Positions 10,128 to 19,800 of a stretch of DNA of 64,000 nucleotides are shown piece after piece (position 1 is the first letter of the stretch; every line of letters begins with the position of its first letter). The stretch is taken from contig CAVUDW010000002.1 of assembly GCA_963740355.1 (NCBI GenBank), forward strand, positions 128,001-192,000, read 5' to 3'. Under the pieces are notes generated by a model. The model made no database searches. It saw nothing but the letters and a program-made list of their open reading frames with translations, and was not told where the DNA came from. The position numbers and the translations under genes are program-made. Origin of the DNA: an uncultured Gemmatimonadaceae bacterium. GTDB taxonomy: Bacteria > Gemmatimonadota > Gemmatimonadetes > Gemmatimonadales > Gemmatimonadaceae.

Positions 10128-10166
10128 ACGAAGCACCCGGCAGCCGCACGCTGTCGGGTGCTTCGT
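10128..10166 (+). terminator. Terminator-like hairpin after tRNA-Cys
   Basis: ACGAAGCACCCGGCAGC / GCTGTCGGGTGCTTCGT stem. Confidence 0.65.
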
Positions 10167-10305
10167 GCTTGTTGGGCGTGCCGGGGCATGATCTGCATTC
10201 AGCACTTGTCCTTCAACGTCACGAAAGGGATCATCGTAGGACGATCTGTCAGGGCGCCATCCGTTTCTGCGCACCGCCCGCCAGGCACACTTCGCAAGAC
10301 ACTTC

Positions 10306-11079
10306 ATGACTGCAGGATCTGACGGGATGTTCTCCCTCGCCGGCAAGACGGCGCTGATCACCGGCGCGTCGCGCGGGATCGGGCTTGCGATCGCGCGGAC
10401 ATTCGCGCGCGCGGGAGCGCAGGTGATCCTGAATGCGCGGAAGGCGGAGGTGCTGGCGGCCGCGGTGGAGAGCCTGACCTCCGACGGCTACAGTGCGCAG
10501 GGCCTGGCGATGAATGCCGGTCGGGTGGAGGATGCGCCGGCGTTGATCGAGGCCGCTGCAGCGCTGTTCGGTGGCCTCGACATTCTCGTCAACAACGCGG
10601 CCGCGAACCCGATCTATGGGCCCGTGGAACTGGCGACGCCTGATGTGTTCACGAAGATCATGAACGTGAACCTGCATGCCCCGTTCGAGCTGGCGAAGGC
10701 GGCGAGACCGCACATGCGGCAGCGTGGTGGTGGCTCGATCATCAACATGTCGAGCATCGGTGGCCGCAATCCGGAGCCTGGGCTGGGCATCTACAGTGTG
10801 AGCAAGGCAGCCCTCCTCAGCCTGACGCAGGTGCTGGCCAAGGAATGGGGTGGCGATGGCATCACGGTGAACGCGATCTGCCCTGGCCTGATCAAGACGG
10901 ACTTCAGCTCGGCGCTGTGGTCGAACGACAAAACGATGCAGCACATGTTGCGTCAGCAGCCGATCCAGCGCATCGGCGAAGGTGAAGACATCGCGGCGAT
11001 GGCGTTGTACCTGGCCAGTGACGCGGCGCGCTTCACGACGGGAGCGACATTCACCGTCGATGGAGGGTATCTCGCATGA
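10306..11079 (+). CDS. SDR family oxidoreductase (DHRS4-like)
   Basis: 'TGASRGIG', 'NNAA', 'YSVSK'. Confidence 0.9.
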   Translation: MTAGSDGMFSLAGKTALITGASRGIGLAIARTFARAGAQVILNARKAEVLAAAVESLTSDGYSAQGLAMNAGRVEDAPALIEAAAALFGGLDILVNNAAANPIYGPVELATPDVFTKIMNVNLHAPFELAKAARPHMRQRGGGSIINMSSIGGRNPEPGLGIYSVSKAALLSLTQVLAKEWGGDGITVNAICPGLIKTDFSSALWSNDKTMQHMLRQQPIQRIGEGEDIAAMALYLASDAARFTTGATFTVDGGYLA

Positions 11080-12263
11080 GCGGCGTCGATGTGTCGGAAC
11101 TGGTGGCGAAGCTTCGTGCGCTGCTGGATGGGCCAGGGCTGGAAGTCGAGTCGGCGGTGCTCCGGGATGGTTTCCGCGCCGCGCTGCCACAGCTGCATGT
11201 ACTACGCGAGCAGGTAAGGCAGATGGGTGCGTGGGCGCCTCACCTGCCACCGGAGGATGGTGGCCTGGGACTGAGCCTGGTGGAGTTCGCGCGGATCAGC
11301 GAAGTGCTTGGTCGATCGCCGATTGGGCACTGGCTGTGCAATTGCCAGGCGCCGGACATCGGCAATATGGAACTGCTGCATTCACACGCGGACTCGTCGC
11401 TGAAGGGGCGCTGGCTGGTGCCGTTGATGCGTGGAGAGATTCGCAGCTGTTTCGCGATGACAGAACCGGAGCACGCGGGCTCGAATCCGGTGTGGATGTC
11501 GACGACGGCGGTGCAGAATGGCAATCACTACGTCATCAACGGCCACAAGTGGTTCACCACCGGCGCGGATGGCGCGACGTTCACGATCGTGATGGCGGTG
11601 ACCGATCCCGATGCGCCGCCTCACAAGCGTGCATCGATGATCCTCGTACCGATGGACACGACGGGCTTTTCCATCGAACAGAACATCCAGGTGATGGGTG
11701 AACGCGGCGGCGACCATGCGTCACATGCCGAGGTTCGCTTCAACGATGTGCGCGTACCGATCAGCAACCGGATCGGTGGAGAGGGGCAGGGCTTCGAGTT
11801 GGCGCAGGCACGACTTGGACCGGGGCGCGTGCATCATTGCATGCGCTGGATCGGCATCTGCGAGCGAGCGTTCGACCTGATGTGCACGCGTGCCGTGCGC
11901 CGCGAGTTGTCACCGGGCGAGCCACTGGCGCGGCGCGAGACGATTCAGCACTGGGTTGCGGAATCGCGTGCCGAGATCGACTCGGCGCGCCTGCTGGTGC
12001 TGGAAGCCGCGGCGGCGCTCGAAAGCCGGGGGCCCCTCGGCGCGCGCGAGCAGATCGCGGCGATCAAGTTCCACACCGCTGCCGTGCTGCAGCGGGTACT
12101 CGACCGTGCGATCCAGGTGCATGGCGCCATGGGTCTCACCGATGCAACTCCGCTTGCGTTCTGGTGGGCGCATGAGCGAGGCGCACGCATCTACGACGGG
12201 CCGGACGAAGTGCACAAGCAATCCCTGGGGCGCGCCATCCTGAAGCGGTACGCCGCCACGTGA
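11076..12263 (+). CDS. Acyl-CoA dehydrogenase (ACAD10/11-like)
   Basis: 'NCQAPDIGNME', 'FAMTEP', 'RLGPGRVHHCMR', 'IYDGPDEVH'. Confidence 0.92.
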   Translation: MSGVDVSELVAKLRALLDGPGLEVESAVLRDGFRAALPQLHVLREQVRQMGAWAPHLPPEDGGLGLSLVEFARISEVLGRSPIGHWLCNCQAPDIGNMELLHSHADSSLKGRWLVPLMRGEIRSCFAMTEPEHAGSNPVWMSTTAVQNGNHYVINGHKWFTTGADGATFTIVMAVTDPDAPPHKRASMILVPMDTTGFSIEQNIQVMGERGGDHASHAEVRFNDVRVPISNRIGGEGQGFELAQARLGPGRVHHCMRWIGICERAFDLMCTRAVRRELSPGEPLARRETIQHWVAESRAEIDSARLLVLEAAAALESRGPLGAREQIAAIKFHTAAVLQRVLDRAIQVHGAMGLTDATPLAFWWAHERGARIYDGPDEVHKQSLGRAILKRYAAT

Positions 12264-13342
12264 GTACTCCGACAACTGCAGTGGATGTAGAACGGTTGCG
12301 GGCGTGGTTGATGTCGGAAGTTCCATCACTCGGCGTGCAGGCTGTGACGCCATTGCGCGCAACGAGAGTCGGCGGTGGCTACTCCAACCTGACGTTCGAC
12401 ATCGGCATTGGTGATGGCGATGCGCTGCGTCACCTGATCCTGCGTCGGCCGCCGGTGGGTGTGCGGGCGGATCGTGGCGCACACGACATGCGACGCGAGT
12501 TTCGCGTGCTGTCGGCGGTGCACGGGTCGCCGGTACCGGTGCCGACACCGATTGCGCTGTGCGAGGACGAGTCGGTGCTGGGCGGGATGTTCTTCCTGAT
12601 GTCGCTGGTGCCGGGGGTGGCCGTACGCACGCTGGATGATGCGCCGGCGTTGCGCGACCCGGCGGTGATGCGCCGCATGAGTGAGGCCTGCATCGACGCG
12701 CTGGCATCGCTGCATGCGCTGCCTGTCGAAGCGATGCCGATCTACGACGCAGCAAAAGTGGACGGGTATGGCGCGCGACAGGTCGCCAACTGGCACGCGC
12801 GATGGACCGCATCACGACCACCGGATGTGCCAGACATGGATGCCGCAGTGGTGTTTGCGTGGCTGGCGGAGAAACTGCCGACGCCGATCGCGCCCGCCCT
12901 GCTGCACAACGACTGGAAGTTCGACAACCTGCTGGTCGACGCGTCCAATCCATCGGTGATCAGCGGTGTGTTGGACTGGGAGATGGCGACGATCGGCGAT
13001 CCACGCTTTGACCTGGCGACTGCGCTGGGCTACTGGGTGCAGTCTGATGATCCGCCGATGATGCAGGCGTTGGCGCTCGGGGTCACGAATGCCCCGGGGT
13101 GCCTGACGCGCGCCGAGGTGGTCGCCCGGTACGCGGAGCAGCGCGGCATCGTGGTGGATGAGCCGGTGTACTGGTGGGTGTTCGGGTTGGCGAAGGTGGC
13201 GGTAATCGTGCTGCAGCTGTACGCGCGGTATGTGGCTGGCACGACGCAGGATGCGCGGTTCGCGTTCCTTGGTGGCATGGCCGCGTTACTGATGCAGACG
13301 GCGCGGACGGCGATCGAGAACAACTCGCTGGCGGCGCAGTAG
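12260..13342 (+). CDS. APH/phosphotransferase family protein (ACAD10 kinase-like domain)
   Basis: 'GGYSNLT', 'AHDMRRE', 'LLHNDWKFDN', 'LDWEMATIGDP'. Confidence 0.88.
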   Translation: MSTPTTAVDVERLRAWLMSEVPSLGVQAVTPLRATRVGGGYSNLTFDIGIGDGDALRHLILRRPPVGVRADRGAHDMRREFRVLSAVHGSPVPVPTPIALCEDESVLGGMFFLMSLVPGVAVRTLDDAPALRDPAVMRRMSEACIDALASLHALPVEAMPIYDAAKVDGYGARQVANWHARWTASRPPDVPDMDAAVVFAWLAEKLPTPIAPALLHNDWKFDNLLVDASNPSVISGVLDWEMATIGDPRFDLATALGYWVQSDDPPMMQALALGVTNAPGCLTRAEVVARYAEQRGIVVDEPVYWWVFGLAKVAVIVLQLYARYVAGTTQDARFAFLGGMAALLMQTARTAIENNSLAAQ

Positions 13343-13378
13343 GCGCGCGAAAACAACACCGCGTCGCGCAAAAGACAT

Positions 13379-13656
13379 CAAGGGGTCAGAGATCTTGATC
13401 GTTGCCGCACAAGGATCTCGGAACCAAGATCTCTGACCCCTTGGTCGGGGGATAACGTCATGCATCACAACGACTTGTCGCCGAAATTTGCCGATCAAGA
13501 TCTCTGACCCCTTGGTCGGGGGATAACGTCATGCACCACAACGACTTGTCACCGAAATTTGCCGATCAAGATCTCTGACCCCTTGGTCGGGGGATAACGT
13601 CATGCACCACAACGACTTGTCGCCGGAATTTGCCGATCAAGATCTCTGACCCCTTG
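13379..13656. repeat. REP-like repeat cluster 2: inverted pair followed by 71-bp tandem array
   Basis: Same 19-bp core at 13379(+), 13425(-), 13496(-), 13567(-), 13638(-); period exactly 71 bp, units near-identical. Confidence 0.92.
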
Positions 13657-13668
13657 ATCGGTAACGAA

Positions 13669-13702
13669 AGAGGCCGGCATCACAGTGTGGATGCCGGCCT
13701 CT
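13669..13702. terminator. Hairpin downstream of yceI-like gene
   Basis: AGAGGCCGGCAT / ATGCCGGCCTCT stem. Confidence 0.65.
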
Positions 13703-13730
13703 ATGCCGTTCAGAATTCAACCGCAGTCGA

Positions 13731-14366
13731 TCACGGAGCTGGCGGGGCTGACTTGGCTTCGACGTCGACCATCAGCGTGATGTCGTCGGAGACGACGGCA
13801 ACACCTTCCGTCATGCGATCCCACATCAGGCCGTATTCCTTGCGCTTCACCGTGCCGGTGAGCGACAGGGCGGCGAGCCAGCCCTGCGGGGTCTGACGCG
13901 TGCCGGCCAACTCGCCATCGAGCACGATCGGCTTGGTGACGCCACGCATGGTCAGGTTGCCGTTCACCTTGTACTTGTTGCCGGCCAGCTTGGTGATGCT
14001 GGTGGAGACGAAGGTGATCTTGGGGAAGCTGTCGGCGGCGAAGAAGTCGGGCGACTTGAGGTGCGTGTTGCGGCGATCGTTGTCGGTGTTGATGCTGGCG
14101 ACGTCGATGGACAGGTTCGCGTTGGCGGCGGCGCCGGTGGCCGGGTCAAGCTGGAACGAGCCAGAGAACGTTCCGAAACGGCCGGTGACCGTGCTCAGGC
14201 CGAGGTGGCGCACCTTGAACTGCACATTGGTGTGGGCCGCATCGATCTGGAACGTGGTCATGGCGAACGGCGCAGCGGCGCTGAGCGGGGCTGCATTCCG
14301 CAGTGCCACCGGCGACGCGAGCGCGGCCCCGACGACTGCGGTTGAAACGAGAGCACGAAGCAACAT
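13731..14366 (-). CDS. YceI family polyisoprenoid-binding protein
   Basis: Signal peptide; 'IDAAHTNVQFKVRHLG', 'RNTHLKSPDFF', 'GNLTMRGVTKPI'. Confidence 0.9.
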   Translation of the reverse strand: MLLRALVSTAVVGAALASPVALRNAAPLSAAAPFAMTTFQIDAAHTNVQFKVRHLGLSTVTGRFGTFSGSFQLDPATGAAANANLSIDVASINTDNDRRNTHLKSPDFFAADSFPKITFVSTSITKLAGNKYKVNGNLTMRGVTKPIVLDGELAGTRQTPQGWLAALSLTGTVKRKEYGLMWDRMTEGVAVVSDDITLMVDVEAKSAPPAP

Positions 14367-14487
14367 GGGTCTCTTCTTTGGCTGGACGTAATCGATCGTC
14401 GGGCGCGCGCGTCGTGCGGACCCCGACATGGCTACACCAAAGATATGACTACGCTTCCTGATTCGGCATTCCCGCTTGCCGTGGCAG

Positions 14488-16161
14488 CTACTCCAGCGGC
14501 AGCGCCTGCGTGCTGACTGGGCTCGGGACGAGGAATTCGCCAGCGAGCCGAGCCGCGCGAGATGGGACTGGCAGCCCGATGCGGAAAGTCGATCCGGCGC
14601 CGGGCTCGGATTTCGCGAGCGTCAGCGAGCAGCCGATCATCTCGCACATGGCACGGGCGAGCGCGAGCCCCAGACCGGTACCCGCCGAGCGACGGACAGT
14701 TGGCCGAGCCTGACTGAAGTCGGGCTCGAATGGCAGGAAGATGCGCGGCTGGCGGTCGGGATCGATGCCTGGGCCGGCGTCTTTCACGTCGATCGCGATT
14801 GGCCGACGTTCGTCACCGTCGACGATCAGGGAGACCTTGACCTGCCCGTGCCTGGAGTAGGCGAGGGCGTTGCCGAGCAGGTGTGTGAGCGCCTGGCGGA
14901 GCCGTACCGGGTCGGTCAGGAGCGGTCCGGCCAGCTCGGGGAGGTCGACCACGATCGAGGTTGTGCTGAGCGACGGGTGGTCGCCGAACGAGGCGACGGT
15001 TTCGCCAATCACGGCGCGGACATCGGTGAGCGACTGGTCCACGACCAGATCCCCCGACTCGATCGCCGAGAAATCGTGCAGATCAGAGACGGTCTCGAGC
15101 AGGCGCATGCCATGCGCGATGGCGTCATCGAGATGGGAGCGTTCGCGTGCGGTGAGGCGCTGGTCACGATCCGCGCGCACTTCAGCCGTGAGGCCGACGA
15201 TGGCGTGCAGTGCGGCACGGAATTCATCGGTCATGCGCGCGACGTATTCACCACGCGTGTTACTCGCCTGCTCGGCGGCATCGCGCTCACTGACGAGCCG
15301 GAGCTCTGCCTTCTTGCGACTGGTGACGTCGGTGGCGATGCCAAGCAGCAGCAATGGTGCACCGGTCTCGCGGCGGCTGAAGACACTGGCGCGAGTGTGT
15401 ACCCAGCGCCAGTCGCCACCTGGCGTCTGGACGCGCATTTCGTTCGTGAGGACGTCGCTGTCACCGAATGCGGACGACATGCGGGCGCCGCTGGCGCGAA
15501 ACTGCGCACGATCATCGGGATGCACGAAACGCAGCATCTCGCGACGATTGAGTGTGCGGGCATCACGTTCTGGCCCGCCGAGGAACGCATGCACGCAGCG
15601 GTTCATCCAGACGATGCGTTCATCGGCCGGATCGTAGAGGTAAAGCAGGTCGGGTGACGCGCGTGCGATCATCTCGAACAGGCGCTGGCTCTCGGCGAGA
15701 CGGGCTGCGGCCTGGCGCTCGATGCTGACATCGCGGAACACGATGGTGAGCGAGAGCGGCTGTCCGGCTGCGGCGGGCGTGACGACGACCGTCTGCAGCG
15801 CGGGGAAGATTCGGCCATCCGCGGTCTGCAGCGCTGTGTCGCAGGTGACCTTGCCGAGCCTGAGCGCCGTCGGCACGACCTCTTCGAGCAGCAGTGCGCG
15901 CGCGGCGGGGGTGTGCGCCGGGAACAGGCATCCTTCCAGCGCGGCATCATCGTCGGCGTAGCCGAGCAGGTCGCGGCCGGCGCGATTGAGGAAGCGGAGT
16001 GTGCCGTCACCCGTCGTGATGCACACGATGTCCGACAAGGCATCGAAAACCGCGTACGACTCCGGAAAGTCGTGCTTCGGGTATTCGGCCGTGACAGGGG
16101 TGACGACGACCGTGGAATCGGTCGTCGGCCTGTGTGATCGGAAGTGGGCGAGGTGGGTCAC
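14488..16161 (-). CDS. PAS-PAS histidine-kinase-like protein lacking the canonical phospho-acceptor His
   Basis: Two PAS domains ('VHPDDR'); H-box reads 'RMTDEFRAALHAI'; N ('LLGNAL'), G1 ('DAGPGI'), F and G2 ('GTGLGL') boxes intact. Confidence 0.85.
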   Translation of the reverse strand: MTHLAHFRSHRPTTDSTVVVTPVTAEYPKHDFPESYAVFDALSDIVCITTGDGTLRFLNRAGRDLLGYADDDAALEGCLFPAHTPAARALLLEEVVPTALRLGKVTCDTALQTADGRIFPALQTVVVTPAAAGQPLSLTIVFRDVSIERQAAARLAESQRLFEMIARASPDLLYLYDPADERIVWMNRCVHAFLGGPERDARTLNRREMLRFVHPDDRAQFRASGARMSSAFGDSDVLTNEMRVQTPGGDWRWVHTRASVFSRRETGAPLLLLGIATDVTSRKKAELRLVSERDAAEQASNTRGEYVARMTDEFRAALHAIVGLTAEVRADRDQRLTARERSHLDDAIAHGMRLLETVSDLHDFSAIESGDLVVDQSLTDVRAVIGETVASFGDHPSLSTTSIVVDLPELAGPLLTDPVRLRQALTHLLGNALAYSRHGQVKVSLIVDGDERRPIAIDVKDAGPGIDPDRQPRIFLPFEPDFSQARPTVRRSAGTGLGLALARAMCEMIGCSLTLAKSEPGAGSTFRIGLPVPSRAARLAGEFLVPSPVSTQALPLE

Positions 16162-16171
16162 TGCCGTGCAA

Positions 16172-16199
16172 GTGTCGGCCGTCTTGAGGACCTTCTTGA
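16172..16199 (-). promoter_or_regulatory. Putative sigma28 (FliA) promoter of PAS kinase
   Basis: TCAAG-N15-GCCGACAC on the minus strand. Confidence 0.55.
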
Positions 16200-16340
16200 A
16201 CCCAATCCGGTCGGCGACGATGGATCTCGGCGATGTATCTGCTGGTCATCCGGGCGGCGCCATCGGGCATCGACCCGCCAGCGCCGGCACCTGAATAGGT
16301 TGTACCCGGTGACGACGGGTTTCTCCTTTCGGGGTGGTGC

Positions 16341-16706
16341 ATGGTTCATGAGATGACGACGACGGCGTTCACGATCGAGGGGTATCGCGTGACGAAGACC
16401 CTTGGCATCGTGCGCGGGATCGTGGTGAGGTCGCGATCGATCTTCGGCACGCTTGGTGGCTCGCTGCAGACGCTGGTGGGCGGCAACATCACGGCGTTCA
16501 CGAAGCTCTGCGAACAGGCGCGCGGCGAGGCGTTCGACATGATGGTGAGTCATGCCGGCCACCTGGGCGCGAACGCGGTGATCGGCGTGCGGTACGACGC
16601 CACCGAGATCATGAACGGGGTGAGCGAGGTGCTCTGTTACGGAACGGCGGTATTCGTCGAGCCGGACAGCACCGCGTCGCGCTGGCAGTCGGGCGACGCG
16701 AGGTAG
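16341..16706 (+). CDS. YbjQ/UPF0145 family protein
   Basis: 'TIEGYRV...LGIVRG...AREEA-like...LGANAVIGVRYD...YGTAV'. Confidence 0.9.
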   Translation: MVHEMTTTAFTIEGYRVTKTLGIVRGIVVRSRSIFGTLGGSLQTLVGGNITAFTKLCEQARGEAFDMMVSHAGHLGANAVIGVRYDATEIMNGVSEVLCYGTAVFVEPDSTASRWQSGDAR

Positions 16707-16738
16707 TCACGTCGCACAGCGCTGCCAGGCCGCCAGCG

Positions 16739-17863
16739 TCAGATCGAGAGTGGTGCCGGCGCGAGTTCAGGGCTGTGACGCCCTCGGGCTCCGACATGCC
16801 ACCAGGTCTCCACGATGTCGCCACGCACGCCGAGCATCGCATCGAACTGTTGCGTCACGATGCAGGCGTGATTGGGCACGATGCGCACCTGTTCGCCGAC
16901 CTTGGGGATCCAGAGCGAATCACTGAGGTCGAGGATGCCGTGCTCCTCGCTCATGCGGGCGACGCTGACTTCGGGGTGGTCGAGCACGGCGCCGTAGCCG
17001 CCCCCTTCCTGCACCCGAATCGGTTCACGACCGAGCGCCTTCACGCCGGCGTCGATCACGACCTGTCCCGGCACGGCATCGCTGATGACGGTGGCCAGCA
17101 CGGTCAGGGCGCAGTCTTCCCAGGCGCAGGCACCCATCGAGAAGGTGTCGCGGTCGTTGAAGACGTAGGTGCCCGGCCGAATTTCGGTGAGACCGGGAAT
17201 GTGGTGCATGCGGAATGCCGCCGGTGTCGATCCGCCACTGACCACTTCGGCGGGAAGACCGGCGTGATCGAGCGACTCGAGCACATTCTTCAGGTCACCG
17301 CAGAGCAGGTCGATCAATCCTTCCTGCTGTGACACCGGCTGACGGATGTGGCCGGGATAGAAACAGATCCCACGATACCGAAGGCCGGGCTGACGGCGAA
17401 TCGCGCCGGCCAGCCGGACTGCTTCACTGGGATCGGAGACGCCCATGCGCTTCATGCCGAAGTCAACTTCGACCAGCACATCGACCGTGTGATCTCGCTG
17501 ACGACAGGCCGCGCCGAGTGCTTCGATGGCGGTGTGCGAGTCGAGCGAGACGCGCAGCTGGACGTCCTCGGAGAAAGTGAGGACGCGGCGGATCTTGGCG
17601 CCGAGCGGCGGGTGCGCGAGGAAGATGTCGTCGGTGACTTCGCTCATCACCTGCAGCTCACGCGGCGTGGCACAGGTGAGGCCGACGGCGCCAAGGCGCA
17701 TCTGTTCGGCCGCGATGCGCGAGGACTTGTGCGTCTTGACGTGCGGCCGCAGGGCGAGCTGGTGCAAGGCGGCATAGGCCGCCATGCGATCCAGATTCAC
17801 CGCGAGGCGATCGAGATCGACGAGCGGGACTGGCGTCTCGATGTCGGTGAATCCGTAGGGCAT
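16739..17863 (-). CDS. D-threonine aldolase / D-serine dehydratase-like PLP enzyme (fold type III)
   Basis: 'LRPHVKTHK', 'SGGSTP', 'EIRPGTYVFND', 'SEEHG', 'PNHAC'. Confidence 0.88.
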   Translation of the reverse strand: MPYGFTDIETPVPLVDLDRLAVNLDRMAAYAALHQLALRPHVKTHKSSRIAAEQMRLGAVGLTCATPRELQVMSEVTDDIFLAHPPLGAKIRRVLTFSEDVQLRVSLDSHTAIEALGAACRQRDHTVDVLVEVDFGMKRMGVSDPSEAVRLAGAIRRQPGLRYRGICFYPGHIRQPVSQQEGLIDLLCGDLKNVLESLDHAGLPAEVVSGGSTPAAFRMHHIPGLTEIRPGTYVFNDRDTFSMGACAWEDCALTVLATVISDAVPGQVVIDAGVKALGREPIRVQEGGGYGAVLDHPEVSVARMSEEHGILDLSDSLWIPKVGEQVRIVPNHACIVTQQFDAMLGVRGDIVETWWHVGARGRHSPELAPAPLSI

Positions 17864-17950
17864 GCCTGCTAACGTGGAGCGCTTCGCAGTTCCCGGCAAG
17901 GCGCGGCAGACCGGTCGCGCGTGGTTGGTGGGATCGCTACCCTTTCCTGC

Positions 17951-18463
17951 ATGACGAAACTCTCCCGTTTTCCGTGGCGACTGCTGGTGGGTGCCGCGCT
18001 GGTGACAGCGTGCGTGGAAGCACCACCGCCGAGGCCTGCCGTATCTGGTGACCCGAAGGAACTCACCTTCGCACCGACGCTGAACGTCAAGCTCGACTCG
18101 ACCGAATTGCGGCCAAGTGGCCTCTACGTGCACGACCTGAAGGTGGGCACCGGTGCCGTCTGCGACTCGATGTCGACGGCGGAAGTGTTCTACACGGGCT
18201 GGCTGGCGGACGGCCAGAAGTTCGACAGCAACCGCGATCGGCAGGAGACGTTCCGCTTCACCGTTGGCATCGGCCAGGTGATTGCCGGGTGGGACGAAGG
18301 CCTGCGGGGCATGCGGGTCGGAGGAAAGCGCCAGCTGATCGTGCCGCCGAAACTCGGCTACGGCGACATCGGCAACGCACCGCAGATTCCGCGCATGGCT
18401 ACGTTGGTGTTCGAGGTGGAACTGGTTGGATTGCCGCAGGCATCGCCCGCAGGAGTGCGCTGA
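17951..18463 (+). CDS. FKBP-type peptidyl-prolyl isomerase (lipoprotein)
   Basis: Lipobox 'LVTAC'; '[13 protein letters not shown]', 'VIAGWDEGL', 'PPKLGYG'. Confidence 0.92.
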   Translation: MTKLSRFPWRLLVGAALVTACVEAPPPRPAVSGDPKELTFAPTLNVKLDSTELRPSGLYVHDLKVGTGAVCDSMSTAEVFYTGWLADGQKFDSNRDRQETFRFTVGIGQVIAGWDEGLRGMRVGGKRQLIVPPKLGYGDIGNAPQIPRMATLVFEVELVGLPQASPAGVR

Positions 18464-19029
18464 TGGATGAGACGCCGATCCACGTTGCGTCGCACGACGA
18501 ACTGACCTTCGAGCGGCCGCGTGCCGGCACGTACGGTGAGTTCTATCACAAGTACATCGAGCTGGTGCCGGACGGCGACCTGCGTCGGCTGCTGCCGGTG
18601 ATCTTCGATGCCAATTACCGGGCGATGCGCACGATCACGGCAGAGCAGGAGCGGCATCGCTACGCGCCGGGGAAGTGGTCGGTTCGCGAGGCGGTCGGCC
18701 ACATGGCCGATTGCGAGCGTGTCTTCAGCTATCGCGCGATGCGCGTGGCACGTGGAGACACGACGCCGCTCGCGTCATTCGACGAGAATGCCTACGTGCC
18801 TGCCGCGCGGTACGATGACCTGCCGCTGGAACAGATCCTCGCAGAGTTGATGGCCGTGCACGCCTCGACGATCCTGCTGTTCGAGAACCTCGCGGATGAA
18901 GCGTGGGATCGCATGGGCACCGCGTCCAACCATCCCATCAGCGTTCGTGCACTGGCGTACATCATCGCCGGCCACGAGTTGCATCACATGAACCTGTTCC
19001 GCGAACGCTACGGCGTGATGGACGTGTGA
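18463..19029 (+). CDS. DinB family protein
   Basis: 'YAPGKWSVREAVGHMAD', 'AGHELHH'. Confidence 0.85.
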   Translation: MDETPIHVASHDELTFERPRAGTYGEFYHKYIELVPDGDLRRLLPVIFDANYRAMRTITAEQERHRYAPGKWSVREAVGHMADCERVFSYRAMRVARGDTTPLASFDENAYVPAARYDDLPLEQILAELMAVHASTILLFENLADEAWDRMGTASNHPISVRALAYIIAGHELHHMNLFRERYGVMDV

Positions 19030-19142
19030 GTCAGGTGTGTGTGACGGGTGCGTGATGTGACGAGGGGACAGCGCGAACACTCAGCGCTGCCCCCTCGTCA
19101 CTCACCCGCCTCGTGTCGCCCGACCTTCGACCAGCACCGACG

Positions 19143-19778
19143 TCAGAGCGAGTCGAGCAGGTCGTCGATGGCCTTGGTATCGGCTTCGTCGAGCGGACCG
19201 CCGACGATGATCTTCTGCAGGATGTCGACGGCCTCGGCGGCCAGATCGTCATTGTGCTTCCGATCACTCTCGAAGCGCACGATATGTCCGAGGAGGACCG
19301 TCTCCATCCGCCGGCGCTCACCGTCTTCATCCGCCTCACCGAACAACTCGGCCTCGGCGTCCATGTCGTCGGTCGACCGGGAGTTCTCGTAGCTCGGCAC
19401 ACTCTCCTTCCAGGGCTCGTCGGCCGAGTCGGAGTCCTTGAGCTTGTCCGGCGGCACCAGGGCGAAGAGGCGGCACTGCAGGCCCGGCTCCTCTTCGTAT
19501 GCGAAGAGACCGAGCGGGACCGGATCGGAGAAGAGGTCGAGGCGAAGCAGATGCTGGATGGCGTCATCCGGCATGGCGCAGCGCGCGACCAGTCGTTCGC
19601 CGATGAACGCGCCGAGGCACACCCCTTCCGGGGCGCGCTCGTCTTCCATGCGCTGCACCGTGATCGGGATGGCGGTCGTGGTGGTCACGAAGACAGCGGG
19701 ACGTTCATCGTCACCGCCCTCGTCACCGTCAAATGGGTTCACGCCGTCAGGGCGCTCGTCTGCGTCGTCGTCGAACAT
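19143..19778 (-). CDS. Acidic hypothetical protein
   Basis: Coherent 211-aa Asp/Glu-rich ORF, co-oriented downstream of the ABC permease; no recognised motif. Confidence 0.7.
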   Translation of the reverse strand: MFDDDADERPDGVNPFDGDEGGDDERPAVFVTTTTAIPITVQRMEDERAPEGVCLGAFIGERLVARCAMPDDAIQHLLRLDLFSDPVPLGLFAYEEEPGLQCRLFALVPPDKLKDSDSADEPWKESVPSYENSRSTDDMDAEAELFGEADEDGERRRMETVLLGHIVRFESDRKHNDDLAAEAVDILQKIIVGGPLDEADTKAIDDLLDSL

Positions 19779-19800
19779 GATGGAAGATACGTAATCCGAC

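Noticed and set aside
8987..10198. 1141-aa extended glutamine synthetase
   Set aside because: The extra 400 codons overlap the deoxynucleoside kinase and tRNA-Cys; this is a stop-free frame in GC-rich DNA.
13425..13656. CRISPR array
   Set aside because: Segments between repeats are near-identical rather than unique spacers, the repeat occurs in both orientations, and no cas genes are present.
10034..13656. Genomic island integrated at tRNA-Cys
   Set aside because: No integrase, and I found no duplicated tRNA 3' end.
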